Shown here: in pieces, positions 33,859 to 44,947 of the stretch
Layout: every line of letters begins with the position of its first letter
Numbering within the stretch: position 1 is the stretch's first letter
Sequence record: NC_027364.1
Strand: one strand, 5' to 3'
DNA length: 64,000 bases
Program-made: the position numbers and the translations under genes
The notes under the pieces: model-generated
Told to the model about the DNA's origin: nothing
What the model saw: the letters and a program-made list of their open reading frames with translations, nothing else
The model's database searches: none

Positions 33859-35061
33859 ATGTTACCTTTTGGAAGAATGGTTAAGTACGCAAATATTGCA
33901 CCAGGTCCAGAACCTGTAGAGTTCTCAGATGTTTTACAACAACATTATACAAACTGTATGTATCTACATAACCCAACTAATACTTTATATGGTTATGGTA
34001 GTAATAACATGTATCAATTTGGTCTTGGGAATTCAGCAGCAGTTTCGTCATTTACAGTACTTGCAAGGAACTGTGCAGCCTTTTGGCTTGGTGTTCAAGG
34101 TTCGTTGATGATTGATTTGGATAATAAAATATACTACACTGGGTCTGTGGCTGCATTTTCTGATTATGGAGATGCAACACCTGTTAATGGTTATTTGACA
34201 ACATGGACTGATGTTACTGTTGCATTTAATAAAATAGGTGTTATGGCTAATATGATCAAGAGTGTATATATAGGTGAAAGTACTAGAATATTATTAACCG
34301 ATGGTAGAGTAATTGCGTGTGGAAGAAATACCAATGGTGAATGTGGCTCTGGTAATAAAAATTCCATCCCTACACTCACAGTTATGACTAATATGGGTGA
34401 AGTTACACATATGGCATGTTCATTACAAGGAACGCACTATATCAAATCAAATAAAGATGCATGGTTTTGTGGTAAGGATAACTTTGGTGAAAGTGGATGT
34501 GGTGGTAGTTCTGTTGTATATTTGAACAAATTCGTGATTAGTAATGTAGAACATATTAGTACTACATACGATGTTACTTGGTGGTTTACTACTGGTGGGT
34601 CTGTATATTATAGCGGGGCTAACAGTACTGGACAAGCGGGTAATGGTACGACTACATCGGTAAATCAGCTAACACCAATTAGGAACACATCGGTCACGGT
34701 TGATGTAAGTAAGTACAGTACTTTTATTTGTCCAAGTAATATGGGAAATGCATCAATTGGTGCACCTATGGCACAATACGCACCATATGTTAGAAGTAGT
34801 GGTGCTAACTCATATGGTCAAGAAGGTAATGGAACTAATACATTAGTTAGAACTTGGAATATTTTTAATCTTAGTGCAATAAGTGGTGGTTATGAAAATG
34901 TTCTTATGGCATCTAAAGATTGGAGCAGAACCATAATAATTACTAAAGATTATAAATTATATGCATGTGGTGGCTGGAATGGAAATGGTGGTAGATTGCC
35001 AGATGGCACTTATAGTATTACTACACTAACATTAATGCCAACGCAGTTATGGCAACAATAG
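33859..35061 (+). CDS. RCC1/BLIP-II-like beta-propeller protein 1 (MLPF family)
   Basis: Repeats GSNNMYQFGLG, GRNTNGECGSG, GKDNFGESGCG, GANSTGQAGNG, GANSYGQEGNG. Confidence 0.8.
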   Translation: MLPFGRMVKYANIAPGPEPVEFSDVLQQHYTNCMYLHNPTNTLYGYGSNNMYQFGLGNSAAVSSFTVLARNCAAFWLGVQGSLMIDLDNKIYYTGSVAAFSDYGDATPVNGYLTTWTDVTVAFNKIGVMANMIKSVYIGESTRILLTDGRVIACGRNTNGECGSGNKNSIPTLTVMTNMGEVTHMACSLQGTHYIKSNKDAWFCGKDNFGESGCGGSSVVYLNKFVISNVEHISTTYDVTWWFTTGGSVYYSGANSTGQAGNGTTTSVNQLTPIRNTSVTVDVSKYSTFICPSNMGNASIGAPMAQYAPYVRSSGANSYGQEGNGTNTLVRTWNIFNLSAISGGYENVLMASKDWSRTIIITKDYKLYACGGWNGNGGRLPDGTYSITTLTLMPTQLWQQ

Positions 35062-35069
35062 GAGGGAAT

Positions 35070-36179
35070 ATGTTACCTTTTGGAAGAATAATTAGGTATG
35101 GAAATATTGTCCCTGGTCCTAAAAAAATAATTAAAGTTGGTGCTTCTACACAAGGTCAATTCTTATTGACTGATTCACATGATTTATATTACATAGGTAG
35201 AAATCAAGGTGGTGAATCTGGAAATGGTAATACCAACACGGTGTCTTCGTGGACATTAGTAAGTGCAGATGTTTCTAATTTTTTCGTGGGTGATCGTACA
35301 CTTGTTATTATTAAAAATGATAATACTATATGGACATCAGGTCAAACGTACTGGTTCTCATCTTCTACAACTACTTCTTACAGTACTGTATTAGTTGAAA
35401 GGACTAGTTGGTTTACCAATGCTATACCAGTCAGTGAAATTGCTAATATTGTATGCACAAATGGTTTAATATTTGTACTTAGCACTAATTCAGTACTCTA
35501 TGGTGCAGGAGATAATGGATATCGTGGTTCTTTGGGTATTGGTTCATCATCAATTTACACATTAACTCAATGTGCTACGAACGTTCGTAAAGTAATGACC
35601 AATGCGAATGATAGTATGTATCTTACATTAGATAATAAGCTATATAGTTCTGGATGGAATAGTAGTGGGCAGCATGGTACGGGGAACCAAACACAAATTA
35701 ACACTTGGGGATTGCGTAGTTCTGGTGTAATCGATGCAGCCATTGGTGGTAATGCATTAAATTACTATAATGGTACATCATATTTCGTATGTGGTCAAAC
35801 TCCAAACTTTCTTAGTTCAGGTACGACTACATTCCGTGCAGTTCCTTTAAGTACTTTGCCTAATAGTTCTCCGTTGTTTATGACGAATTCACCTGCCTTA
35901 AATACTGCTACACAAATGGTAATTACTAGTACATATCAGAAGGGTGTTGGGGCGAACCGTGGTTTGGGATTAAACAATTCTCAAACTGGTGCTATATATA
36001 GTGCTACCAATTTACAATTACCCGTTGAAGTTAGTGAGATTAGGGATGTTCTTTTTAGTGATGGTTTGACATCGATATTAACCAAAAATGGAGACGTGTA
36101 TAGTACTGGATCGTATTACGCCATTCCAGGTGCAATCGAGGATGTTGCAGTCTTTACTAAAATTGATTTACCAAAATAA
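35070..36179 (+). CDS. RCC1/BLIP-II-like beta-propeller protein 2
   Basis: MLPFGRIIRYGN start after GGAGG; GRNQGGESGNG, GWNSSGQHGTG. Confidence 0.8.
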   Translation: MLPFGRIIRYGNIVPGPKKIIKVGASTQGQFLLTDSHDLYYIGRNQGGESGNGNTNTVSSWTLVSADVSNFFVGDRTLVIIKNDNTIWTSGQTYWFSSSTTTSYSTVLVERTSWFTNAIPVSEIANIVCTNGLIFVLSTNSVLYGAGDNGYRGSLGIGSSSIYTLTQCATNVRKVMTNANDSMYLTLDNKLYSSGWNSSGQHGTGNQTQINTWGLRSSGVIDAAIGGNALNYYNGTSYFVCGQTPNFLSSGTTTFRAVPLSTLPNSSPLFMTNSPALNTATQMVITSTYQKGVGANRGLGLNNSQTGAIYSATNLQLPVEVSEIRDVLFSDGLTSILTKNGDVYSTGSYYAIPGAIEDVAVFTKIDLPK

Positions 36180-36249
36180 CATAATGCCAGTACTCTGTAC
36201 TGGCTTTCTTATTTGTATTAAATATAGTATAACAAATAAAGGAGGGAAT

Positions 36250-37389
36250 ATGTTACCTTTTGCAAGAATGGTTAAGTACGGGAATATCGCACCTGAACTG
36301 ATTCTACCTAAAAACAGGTTACAATGTTCTGCTGATGCCAAATTTTATTTACACACAAATGGTAATCTATATTGGTTTGGTTCTTCAGCATATGGACAAA
36401 GTGGTAATGGTTCATTGGACTCTTCAACTGAATGGACTCTTGTCAACTCAAATGTTACACGATATTGGGGTGGGGTACAAGGAACAATTGCTATAAAGAA
36501 AGATGGTACTATTTGGTACACTGGTAGACGTACTGTTATTCCAATACTATCTTCAAACACTAACGGCGTTTGGGTTGATATAACACAGAACTTTACTGAT
36601 TTCGGTGTCAGTGCAGATGATATTGATAGTGTTGTGATATCTTCGTGTATGCGTGTATTTTTAAAAAATGGAAAGTGGTTCTACTGTGGTGCTGGTACTG
36701 GTGGTGTTTTTGGGAATGGATCAACTTCAAGCGTTTCACGATTCACCTATAGTACAATAGAAAATGTTATCAGTGCTGGTTGTGCAATATATAGTACTGG
36801 ATTAGTACTAAATGATGGTTCATATTGGTATGCAGGTAGAACGTTTGTATCAGGAACGACGACACAAAACTTGCTCACATTTACACAAGATACTTCGATT
36901 AGTAATGCAATTAAAGCAGTCAATACAAATGAAACTTCTTATATATTTCTTAATGATGGTAATGTTAAAGTTGCATCTATTAACGACTATGGACAAGCAG
37001 GTACAGGAAATAGGTCAGTAGCCCCAATGAGTACATTAATTCCAAATTTATCATTCCAAGGAGAAGTGGAGTTGGTGGGTGAGCTTGGGACAAACCTTAC
37101 CGGACCATCCTGTATAATTAATAATAATAATAAGTTATTTTCATGTGGCCTTAATTCAAATGGTCAATGTGGTATTGGTACAACTGATATGTATATAACA
37201 TCATTCGCTGAAATGGATCTTACTGCATTAGAAGGTAGTAATCTTAGTAGTTTTTGTAAGAGCTATTCTTATACGATGTTAGTTGACGAATATAATAATT
37301 TATACACATGTGGTGTACCCAATCTTACTGGAATGTCTTCAACTACTGTACCAACAAGGGTTCCTGATTCACTTCTACCGTGGAAATAA
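36250..37389 (+). CDS. RCC1/BLIP-II-like beta-propeller protein 3
   Basis: MLPFARMVKYGN; GSSAYGQSGNG, GLNSNGQCGIG. Confidence 0.8.
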   Translation: MLPFARMVKYGNIAPELILPKNRLQCSADAKFYLHTNGNLYWFGSSAYGQSGNGSLDSSTEWTLVNSNVTRYWGGVQGTIAIKKDGTIWYTGRRTVIPILSSNTNGVWVDITQNFTDFGVSADDIDSVVISSCMRVFLKNGKWFYCGAGTGGVFGNGSTSSVSRFTYSTIENVISAGCAIYSTGLVLNDGSYWYAGRTFVSGTTTQNLLTFTQDTSISNAIKAVNTNETSYIFLNDGNVKVASINDYGQAGTGNRSVAPMSTLIPNLSFQGEVELVGELGTNLTGPSCIINNNNKLFSCGLNSNGQCGIGTTDMYITSFAEMDLTALEGSNLSSFCKSYSYTMLVDEYNNLYTCGVPNLTGMSSTTVPTRVPDSLLPWK

Positions 37390-37460
37390 TATAATGCCAG
37401 TACACTGTACTGGCTTTCTTATTTGTATTAAATATAGTATAATGAATAAAGGAGGGAAAT

Positions 37461-38609
37461 ATGTTACCTTTTGCAAGAATGATGAATTATGGGAATATTG
37501 CCCCTGGTAAGGATAGGCGTTTTAAAATATATTCAAGTGATTCTATGTATCTTCATGATACTTATACTAATAAGTTGTATGCATCTTCTGCGACGAATTG
37601 GGGTACTGGAACAGGTGTAGCATCGAGTAAATTTATTCTTTGTGCGGAGAATGTTAAACGAGTTCTATTGGAAGATAACAGTAGTAGTTGTCAATTGTAT
37701 GAAGAGAAAGGTACTGGAAAAGTTTTTATCACTGGTAACACGAAGGCATTCACTGGTGTAACTGATACAAAAACTTTGTGGACGGACTGTACTACGTGGA
37801 TAACATCAGGTGGTATTAATGTTTCTGATATAAAATACATGAGTAGTTTTAATGATATGAAGGTGAATTTGATAACAAACGATGGTACGTTGTATTGTTG
37901 TGGAGTTAACAATAACTCGAACCTATCATCATTTGGTGATGGTACAAACATTAATTCTTTTAACACATTCAAAAGGGTAGATACTATAACTTCGGTCAAA
38001 AAGGCAGTTGGTAACATATACCTAAAAGAAGATAATACTTTATGGGGTTGTGGTTTTAACTATTACTATCAGTTAGGTACAGGTAATCAAACTTCTATTA
38101 CTGGGGTGACGATGATTTCTTCAGATGTTATAGATTTTGATGTAAGTTATCAGAGTACATTTTTTATTAAATCGGATAATAATTTGTACGCTTGTGGTAA
38201 ACAGTTCGGTGCACAATACGGGAACGAATTTGGCACAGGTGGTACTTCTTCATCTACCGATATACAATACAAAACTCCGACATTATTGAGTTCAGGAGTT
38301 TATACTCTATATACTTGTGTTAGTAACATGGCATCACATATAGTTAAAGGTGATGAAGTTCTATACGCATCTGGGTCGAATGGATTTGGTCAATTAGGTG
38401 TTGGTAATAATATTAATCAGTACTCATATACTCCTTCGTATACTTCGTTTAATAGTTCGTGTAATTTGGTACGCACTCCATCTGGTTCACTTATACTTAC
38501 GGACACTGAGAAATTATATTATTGTGGGTATGCTATGGTAGTAATGGGGGGAATTGCTGGACAAAACATTCTTAGTTATACAGAAGTTGATATGTCATTT
38601 ATACAATGA
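37461..38609 (+). CDS. RCC1/BLIP-II-like beta-propeller protein 4
   Basis: MLPFARMMNYGN; GFNYYYQLGTG, GSNGFGQLGVG. Confidence 0.8.
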   Translation: MLPFARMMNYGNIAPGKDRRFKIYSSDSMYLHDTYTNKLYASSATNWGTGTGVASSKFILCAENVKRVLLEDNSSSCQLYEEKGTGKVFITGNTKAFTGVTDTKTLWTDCTTWITSGGINVSDIKYMSSFNDMKVNLITNDGTLYCCGVNNNSNLSSFGDGTNINSFNTFKRVDTITSVKKAVGNIYLKEDNTLWGCGFNYYYQLGTGNQTSITGVTMISSDVIDFDVSYQSTFFIKSDNNLYACGKQFGAQYGNEFGTGGTSSSTDIQYKTPTLLSSGVYTLYTCVSNMASHIVKGDEVLYASGSNGFGQLGVGNNINQYSYTPSYTSFNSSCNLVRTPSGSLILTDTEKLYYCGYAMVVMGGIAGQNILSYTEVDMSFIQ

Positions 38610-38680
38610 TTTAATGCCAGTACACTGTACTGGCTTTCTTATTTGTATTAAATATAGTATAATGAATAAAGGAGGAATTT

Positions 38681-39871
38681 ATGTTACCTTTTGCAAGAAT
38701 GATGAATTATGGGAATATTGTCCCAGTACCACTTCAAATTAAGAAAATAATCCCAACTGATTTAGATGTTGTGGTTCTGTATACGGATGGTCAACTATAT
38801 GCACGTGGGAATAATAGTTTTGGGAAATTCGGTAGAGGAAACAACACTGCATTAAAATCATGGACATTAATTAGAGAAAACGTTAACGATTGCTGGCTTA
38901 CACAAGGAACTTTATTAGTAAAAGATAATGACTCAAATTATTTTTATTGTGGATATGGTGATCATCTTGGTTTACCAACTAGTACTACTACGTTTTTAAG
39001 TTATAACCAATATATTGAAAATTTGTACACGCAAAGTTCAAGTACTTCAATTAAACAGATGTATGGAGGTACTACGTGGTTTACGGTATTAATGGATAAT
39101 AATACAATATGGAGTACTGGTTGGAGTGGGGCTAGACAATTCGCTGATGGTACTGGTAGTACTCAACAAATAACAGATGGATCATTTGTAAAAGCTGTCA
39201 CGCCTAATGTTGATATTGCACAAATACAGTCAACAAATAACTGTGTAATGTTTTTTGATACACAAAATAATTTATATATTGGTGGTGGTACGTCAGGTAT
39301 AAGTACCAGTACCACATGGACACCATTTAATGAATATACTTTATATAAACCAAGTACAACATACACAAAAACGTTACAATACACTGGATGCTCAAGTGGT
39401 GCAGTCAGTGCTTTGGTTGAGAATCCAAGTTCTGGTGCACGTCAGTTTCTAGTTGGTGGTTTAGCGAGTAATGGTGCATGGGGTAACAATACCACAACCA
39501 GTTCGGCACTTGCTGTATTAGGGAGCAATAGTACGACATTACCAACTGGAACTTTGTATTCAATTCATACAGGATACCCAACACAATCTAGTATACTAGT
39601 TACGAGTACTGGTGTATATGCAACTGGTTTAAATGCCAGTAGTTATGCTGGTTCATTGGGTATTGGTACTAGTGCAACTGTTGGTAAGTTTACTGCATGT
39701 CCAATGCCTACACAAATAACATATTCTATGTATGATAAAATAAAAATATATCGCGGTTCGTATCGTACTTTTCTAACTGCTGATATGAAAAATATATATT
39801 CAACCGGAACTTATGATGATGGTGGTCCTAGTACAACTAGATATGTTCTGGATACACCTAGACAATTGTAA
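38681..39871 (+). CDS. RCC1/BLIP-II-like beta-propeller protein 5
   Basis: MLPFARMMNYGN; GNNSFGKFGRG, GWSGARQFADG. Confidence 0.8.
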   Translation: MLPFARMMNYGNIVPVPLQIKKIIPTDLDVVVLYTDGQLYARGNNSFGKFGRGNNTALKSWTLIRENVNDCWLTQGTLLVKDNDSNYFYCGYGDHLGLPTSTTTFLSYNQYIENLYTQSSSTSIKQMYGGTTWFTVLMDNNTIWSTGWSGARQFADGTGSTQQITDGSFVKAVTPNVDIAQIQSTNNCVMFFDTQNNLYIGGGTSGISTSTTWTPFNEYTLYKPSTTYTKTLQYTGCSSGAVSALVENPSSGARQFLVGGLASNGAWGNNTTTSSALAVLGSNSTTLPTGTLYSIHTGYPTQSSILVTSTGVYATGLNASSYAGSLGIGTSATVGKFTACPMPTQITYSMYDKIKIYRGSYRTFLTADMKNIYSTGTYDDGGPSTTRYVLDTPRQL

Positions 39872-39945
39872 TAATTTCGCCAGTACTTCAGTACTGGCTT
39901 TTCTTTTTTGTATTAAATATATTATAATGAATAAAGGAGGGAATT

Positions 39946-41125
39946 ATGTTACCTTTTGGAAGAATGATGAATTATGGGAATATTGCCCCTGGCAAAGATA
40001 CTGTTGTTAAAATTAATAGTGATGAAAATTCAATAAGCGTATTATACAGTGATGGGTCATTATATATGCGTGGACGGAAACCAATTATCAAAAATGGGAG
40101 TTACTGGTTCATCTTTTTTAGATAGATGGGTTTTATGTCCTTATAGTGTTGATGATTTCTGGAGTTCTTTATATTGTACTATAATTAGAACAAAACAAGG
40201 GGAATTGTACTATAGTGGAACTAACTCAGTTTTTGGTATATCATCTTCTGTTTCAACATGGACTCGTTGTGAATCATATTTTGGATCTATTTCTCCGAGT
40301 TCAATAAAAGATATAAAAATAACATCATCAACCAGTACTAACAATTCCATGTTAATACTAACAAGTGACGGTCAGTTATATGGTATAGGCATGAATGGTG
40401 CAAGTGAATTGGGTACAGCAACTACACCAATTACATCTCCACTCTTAATAGACACTAGTGTATCTGCAATTGCATCTAGTGAAATGAGCAGAAACTTTCA
40501 CTATATAAAAGATGGTATATATTATCGTTGTGGTGAGAATACTTTTTATCAATTAGGAACCGGTGATAATAATCCTATTACTACTTTTACTGCATTGAAT
40601 CTTGGTAGTTCTCATGTAATTGCAGTACAAGCTACACGATGGGTAACACGTTTGATTGTTCAAAGTAGTACATCTGCTTTGTCTTTAATGGTGGCTGGTT
40701 GGAACACACAGTTGACTATAGGTGGTTCTGAAAATACTGCTATAATAAGGTCATCATTTACTACAAATCCCTATACCGATATAACAGCAAATTCATTCGA
40801 TAAACTTTCACCAGTATCCTATGTTAATGCAATAAAATCCAGTACTAACATTATTAATACGAATGGTAAGGGATATAATTCTAATGGTGCTGGATTAGGC
40901 CGCAACGCATTCTCTGGGAATTATGGTTCAATATTACCAATAGAATTCTTTGATGATAGTGTTGACTTATCATATGTTGAGTGGTTTGGTACGATTGGTA
41001 ATGGTTCAGTATCGGTAGTTAGTATAGGTGAGGATTTATACTGGACTGGAAACCCTGGGTATTTTACTGAACAAGGTGAGACTGGATATATATATAAATT
41101 CAAAAAGTGCATTCCTTTTAGATAA
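39946..41125 (+). pseudogene. Beta-propeller protein 6, split by a +1 frameshift near 40075 (real or sequencing error)
   Basis: MLPFGRMMNYGN..LYMRG frame stops at codon 60; the +1 frame continues NQLSKMG..GENTFYQLGTG. Confidence 0.7.
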
Positions 41126-41196
41126 ACACAATGCCAGTACTCTGTACTGGCTTTCTTATTTGTATTAAATATAGTATAATGAATAAGGAGGGAATT

Positions 41197-42348
41197 ATGT
41201 TACCTTTTGCAAGAATGATTCAGTACGGGAATATTAAACCTGTTCCTGTAACACCAACGATAAAAGATTTTAAGATTGGTTTTTCCCATGAAGTGTTATT
41301 GGACAGTGCAGGTGATGTGTGGGGTATTGGATATAATACCGCTGGTCAGTTGGGATTTCTGGATGCTAACACAAATTCAATAGGAATGTGGTCTAAGATA
41401 TATGAGAATGTTAGATTAATTGGCGTTACTGCCAATTATACAGTTGTAGTTACAAATAATAATAGAATACTTTACGCTGGAAATAACTTAATTTCTAATA
41501 CTACAACGTTTGGGTGGAACGATATAACGTCTAGTATGGGAGCGGTTGTAGTGGATAGCATCGATGCATTATATTGCACAGATGGCATGATGCATATTAA
41601 AACTGCTGATGGTTCTTTATACGCATATGGACGTAATATGAACGCAAACGCTGGAGTTACTGGCGTTTCTGGAGTTATTAGTGTTGCAACTAAAGTTAGT
41701 GGTTTACCATCGGCTGTGAAAGATATACGATATACGTTTAGTTATGGTACAGTACTATGTCAATTAGATACCACCTCGGTATATGGATGGGGAAGAAATG
41801 TCAATGGTGAATTAGGTCAGGGGAACGCAGCCGCAGTTCCTACCCCATCCCAAAGGGCGGGTGCTTCTATTGCTATAGGTACTTCGTATAATGCTACTGC
41901 AATTGTTTCCGGTACTGCATCGTTGGTTACATGTGGTGGACAAAATGATGGTCAGTTAGGTAATGGTATTACTACTGCTGGTAATGTATACACATATGGT
42001 GCTAGAGCATACCCAAGCGATCTTAATAATATAAGAAGTCCAGTGGATTGCAGTACAACTTATACATCTGCATTTATGAGTCCAGATGGCATATATTACA
42101 CGGGTTCGAACCGAAGTGTGTTTGGTGGTCCGAGCGGGACTGCCACGGTTGCAGTATATACCAAATGTAGTGATTTACCAATATTATATTCTAATATAAC
42201 ACAGTGGTGTAGTGGTACTATTGGTGGTGCGATATGTAGCAGTACTGAATTATATCAGTGTGGGACCGGTAGATACATTGCCGGAGATGGGCAGAACGCA
42301 ACTAGGTATGGGTTTAGAAAGACACCATTACCTTGGGATGCTTATTGA
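41197..42348 (+). CDS. RCC1/BLIP-II-like beta-propeller protein 7
   Basis: MLPFARMIQYGN; GYNTAGQLG, GRNVNGELGQG, GGQNDGQLGNG. Confidence 0.8.
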   Translation: MLPFARMIQYGNIKPVPVTPTIKDFKIGFSHEVLLDSAGDVWGIGYNTAGQLGFLDANTNSIGMWSKIYENVRLIGVTANYTVVVTNNNRILYAGNNLISNTTTFGWNDITSSMGAVVVDSIDALYCTDGMMHIKTADGSLYAYGRNMNANAGVTGVSGVISVATKVSGLPSAVKDIRYTFSYGTVLCQLDTTSVYGWGRNVNGELGQGNAAAVPTPSQRAGASIAIGTSYNATAIVSGTASLVTCGGQNDGQLGNGITTAGNVYTYGARAYPSDLNNIRSPVDCSTTYTSAFMSPDGIYYTGSNRSVFGGPSGTATVAVYTKCSDLPILYSNITQWCSGTIGGAICSSTELYQCGTGRYIAGDGQNATRYGFRKTPLPWDAY

Positions 42349-42419
42349 CATTATGCCAGTACTCTGTACTGGCTTTCTTATTTGTATTAAATATAGTATA
42401 ATGAATAAAGGAGGAATTT

Positions 42420-43595
42420 ATGTTACCTTTTGTAAGAATGTTGGATTATGGAAATAAAGTTTTACCATATATTCCCAATTTTGTTAAATTAGTTACCCCG
42501 TCATGTGGTTATTCATATACATGCACGATGATGCTTGACAAAAATGGTTCAATATGGGCTATTGGTCTTCAGAATGGTGGAATTTTTGGTTTAGGTCATA
42601 CTAATCAAGTAACTGAATGGACACAAATATACAGCAATGTTAAAGATTTTTGGTGCAGTACAATGAACTCTTTTTGTCTAATACGCACAAATGATGATAG
42701 ATTCTTTTATAGTGGTTTAGATAAATGGCTAGGTAATAACACAACAAATACAGTGACAACATTCACTGAATGTACAAGCTATTTCGCACAATTTGGTATT
42801 TCAAAAATTAAAGAGATATACGTGGGTTATGATTATGCTTTGATTTTAGATACAGATAATAGTTTATATTTGTTAGGTGATAATACTGGTGCTAAGTTTG
42901 GAATAAACACTGCATCATATTATAATAAATTTACATTTTTAGTGGATAATGTTAAAAAATTCTGTTCATCGATAACGCCAGCTAACTGGATTATTAAACT
43001 TGATGATACAATGTGGCGTACAGGAACAACAACTTCCGGTACTTTGGGAAATAGTAAGCAACAAACGTATGTATTCCCTTGGGTTCAATATAAGGGTACA
43101 CCTATTACAGAAGCAATAGATATTTTTTGTAGTTCGAATTATATTGGTATTATAACAAAAGGTACACCAGAATCATGTCCAATGTACACTCTAGGCTTTC
43201 AAGGTTATGGTCAATTGGGTAATAATAATGTAACATCTGCTTATAAGTTAAACCCAGTACTATCAACTACAGTTCCAGATGATAGTGAATTCATTCGAAT
43301 AGAAAACACTAGTACTCGTGGACTCGTATATTATAGTTCAGGTAAAATTTATAGTACTGGTTATAATAACAATGGTCAATTGGCAAATAATACTACAAGA
43401 GAATCAGGTTCATTTGTTGAAGCAATTTTACCTAGTGGTGTTCAATTTAAGAAAAGTGAATCACTAGTTGCAGGAAATGATGCAACATTGTATATGTTCA
43501 TTAATAATAAATTATACTACGCAGGGAAATCACCAGATAATGTATCTGCAAGCAGTTCATCTGTTATGAAAGAATTCCTACTTCCTACAATTTGA
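42420..43595 (+). CDS. RCC1/BLIP-II-like beta-propeller protein 8
   Basis: MLPFVRMLDYGN; GFQGYGQLGNN, GYNNNGQLANN. Confidence 0.8.
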   Translation: MLPFVRMLDYGNKVLPYIPNFVKLVTPSCGYSYTCTMMLDKNGSIWAIGLQNGGIFGLGHTNQVTEWTQIYSNVKDFWCSTMNSFCLIRTNDDRFFYSGLDKWLGNNTTNTVTTFTECTSYFAQFGISKIKEIYVGYDYALILDTDNSLYLLGDNTGAKFGINTASYYNKFTFLVDNVKKFCSSITPANWIIKLDDTMWRTGTTTSGTLGNSKQQTYVFPWVQYKGTPITEAIDIFCSSNYIGIITKGTPESCPMYTLGFQGYGQLGNNNVTSAYKLNPVLSTTVPDDSEFIRIENTSTRGLVYYSSGKIYSTGYNNNGQLANNTTRESGSFVEAILPSGVQFKKSESLVAGNDATLYMFINNKLYYAGKSPDNVSASSSSVMKEFLLPTI

Positions 43596-43670
43596 TTATT
43601 TTAAATGCCAGTACAGAGTGCTGGCTTTTCTTTTTGATTAAATATAGTATAATGAATAAAGGAGGGATTT

Positions 43671-44876
43671 ATGTTACCTTTTCCAAGGATGATAAAATAC
43701 GCAAATAAAATGAAAGTTCCTGAAGTGAAAGAAATCTTTATTTACAATGGTTATAGTGCGTCAGTTATTCCAGCAACAGCACTCTTACTATTATATAAAA
43801 ATGGAGACTTAATGGGTATAGGTGGAACTAGTTCACAAAACTATGGATTCGGAAATGGTGTACCTAATGCGAAAGTAAAAGAGTGGGCTTTAATATACCA
43901 AAATGTAAAACGTTTTAGAACAGCCCAAGGTTCTTTTAATTTAATCCAAACCGAAGATAATAAATTTTATTACAGTGGCGTAGGTAGAGCTATTGGTACA
44001 GGATTAAGTACTGTCAGTACTTATACTGATTGTACTTCATATTTTACATCAGTATTCAATGCAACACAATTGTCGCAAATTAAGGACATTCAAATTGTAG
44101 GGGAGGGTATTTTTGTTTTACTTCAAAATGGTACGCTATATGGAATGGGGGCCAATACACAGGGATATTTTGGTAATAACACAACCACAAGATTATCAAC
44201 ATTTACTTCAATTAATACGAATGTGGATAGTGTAAAAACAGGTTCAAGTGCAGTGATTGTGCAGAAAATTGATAAAACACTTTGGGTCACTGGTCAAAAC
44301 ACATGGGGTTCACTTGGTATAAGTAATGGTGAAACTAACGTTAAAGTATGGACACAAATGGGTGCATTAGCCAACAATACTGTTATACATTATGAACTTG
44401 GTGGGAGTGCATCATGGGTTGTATCTAAACACAACACGAATAATACATATACAGTTCGTGCAAGTGGGATTCAATCGGAAGGTAACTTGGGTAATGGTTC
44501 AGCCGCTTCATCAGGGACAGTATTATCTACAATCTCCACTCTACCAATATCAGATAATATGGAAATGAAATCAAATTCATTAACATATGGTGGGCTTACG
44601 GTTAAAACTAACAATTCACTTTATATGTGTGGTATAAACACATATGGTAGGCTCGGTCGCGGTAATACCACATCAAGTACTACATTTGTAGTTCCAGTTG
44701 ATGCACCTAAAGTTGGCAGCATCGAGTTATTCTGTCCAAGTGAATGTACAAATGTGTATATGGATAATCAAGGGGATGTGTATTTGAGTGGCTATATCCC
44801 ACAAGCGACAGGTACAACAGTTTCTGATTATTACACTAAATTTCAATTATATAAAATACCCAGTCGTGGTATATAA
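43671..44876 (+). CDS. RCC1/BLIP-II-like beta-propeller protein 9
   Basis: MLPFPRMIKYAN; GQNTWGSLGIS, GINTYGRLGRG. Confidence 0.8.
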   Translation: MLPFPRMIKYANKMKVPEVKEIFIYNGYSASVIPATALLLLYKNGDLMGIGGTSSQNYGFGNGVPNAKVKEWALIYQNVKRFRTAQGSFNLIQTEDNKFYYSGVGRAIGTGLSTVSTYTDCTSYFTSVFNATQLSQIKDIQIVGEGIFVLLQNGTLYGMGANTQGYFGNNTTTRLSTFTSINTNVDSVKTGSSAVIVQKIDKTLWVTGQNTWGSLGISNGETNVKVWTQMGALANNTVIHYELGGSASWVVSKHNTNNTYTVRASGIQSEGNLGNGSAASSGTVLSTISTLPISDNMEMKSNSLTYGGLTVKTNNSLYMCGINTYGRLGRGNTTSSTTFVVPVDAPKVGSIELFCPSECTNVYMDNQGDVYLSGYIPQATGTTVSDYYTKFQLYKIPSRGI

Positions 44877-44947
44877 AATAAAGCCAGTATTTTGTACTGG
44901 CATTTTTTTGTCCTAAATATAATAACGATTTACATTTGGAGGATACA

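Larger units (their letters stand above)
36184..44935 (+). terminator. Repeated intergenic cassette: hairpin GCCAGTAC(A/T)CTGTACTGGC+T-tract, TAAATA late-like promoter core, AAGGAGG RBS
   Basis: Near-identical ~65-bp blocks before starts at 36250, 37461, 38681, 39946, 41197, 42420, 43671; variant before 44948. Confidence 0.85.

Noticed and set aside
36088-42457. Repeated peptide MPV(L/H)CTGFLICIKYS in several ORFs
   Set aside because: It is the translated intergenic terminator/promoter repeat, not a protein motif.
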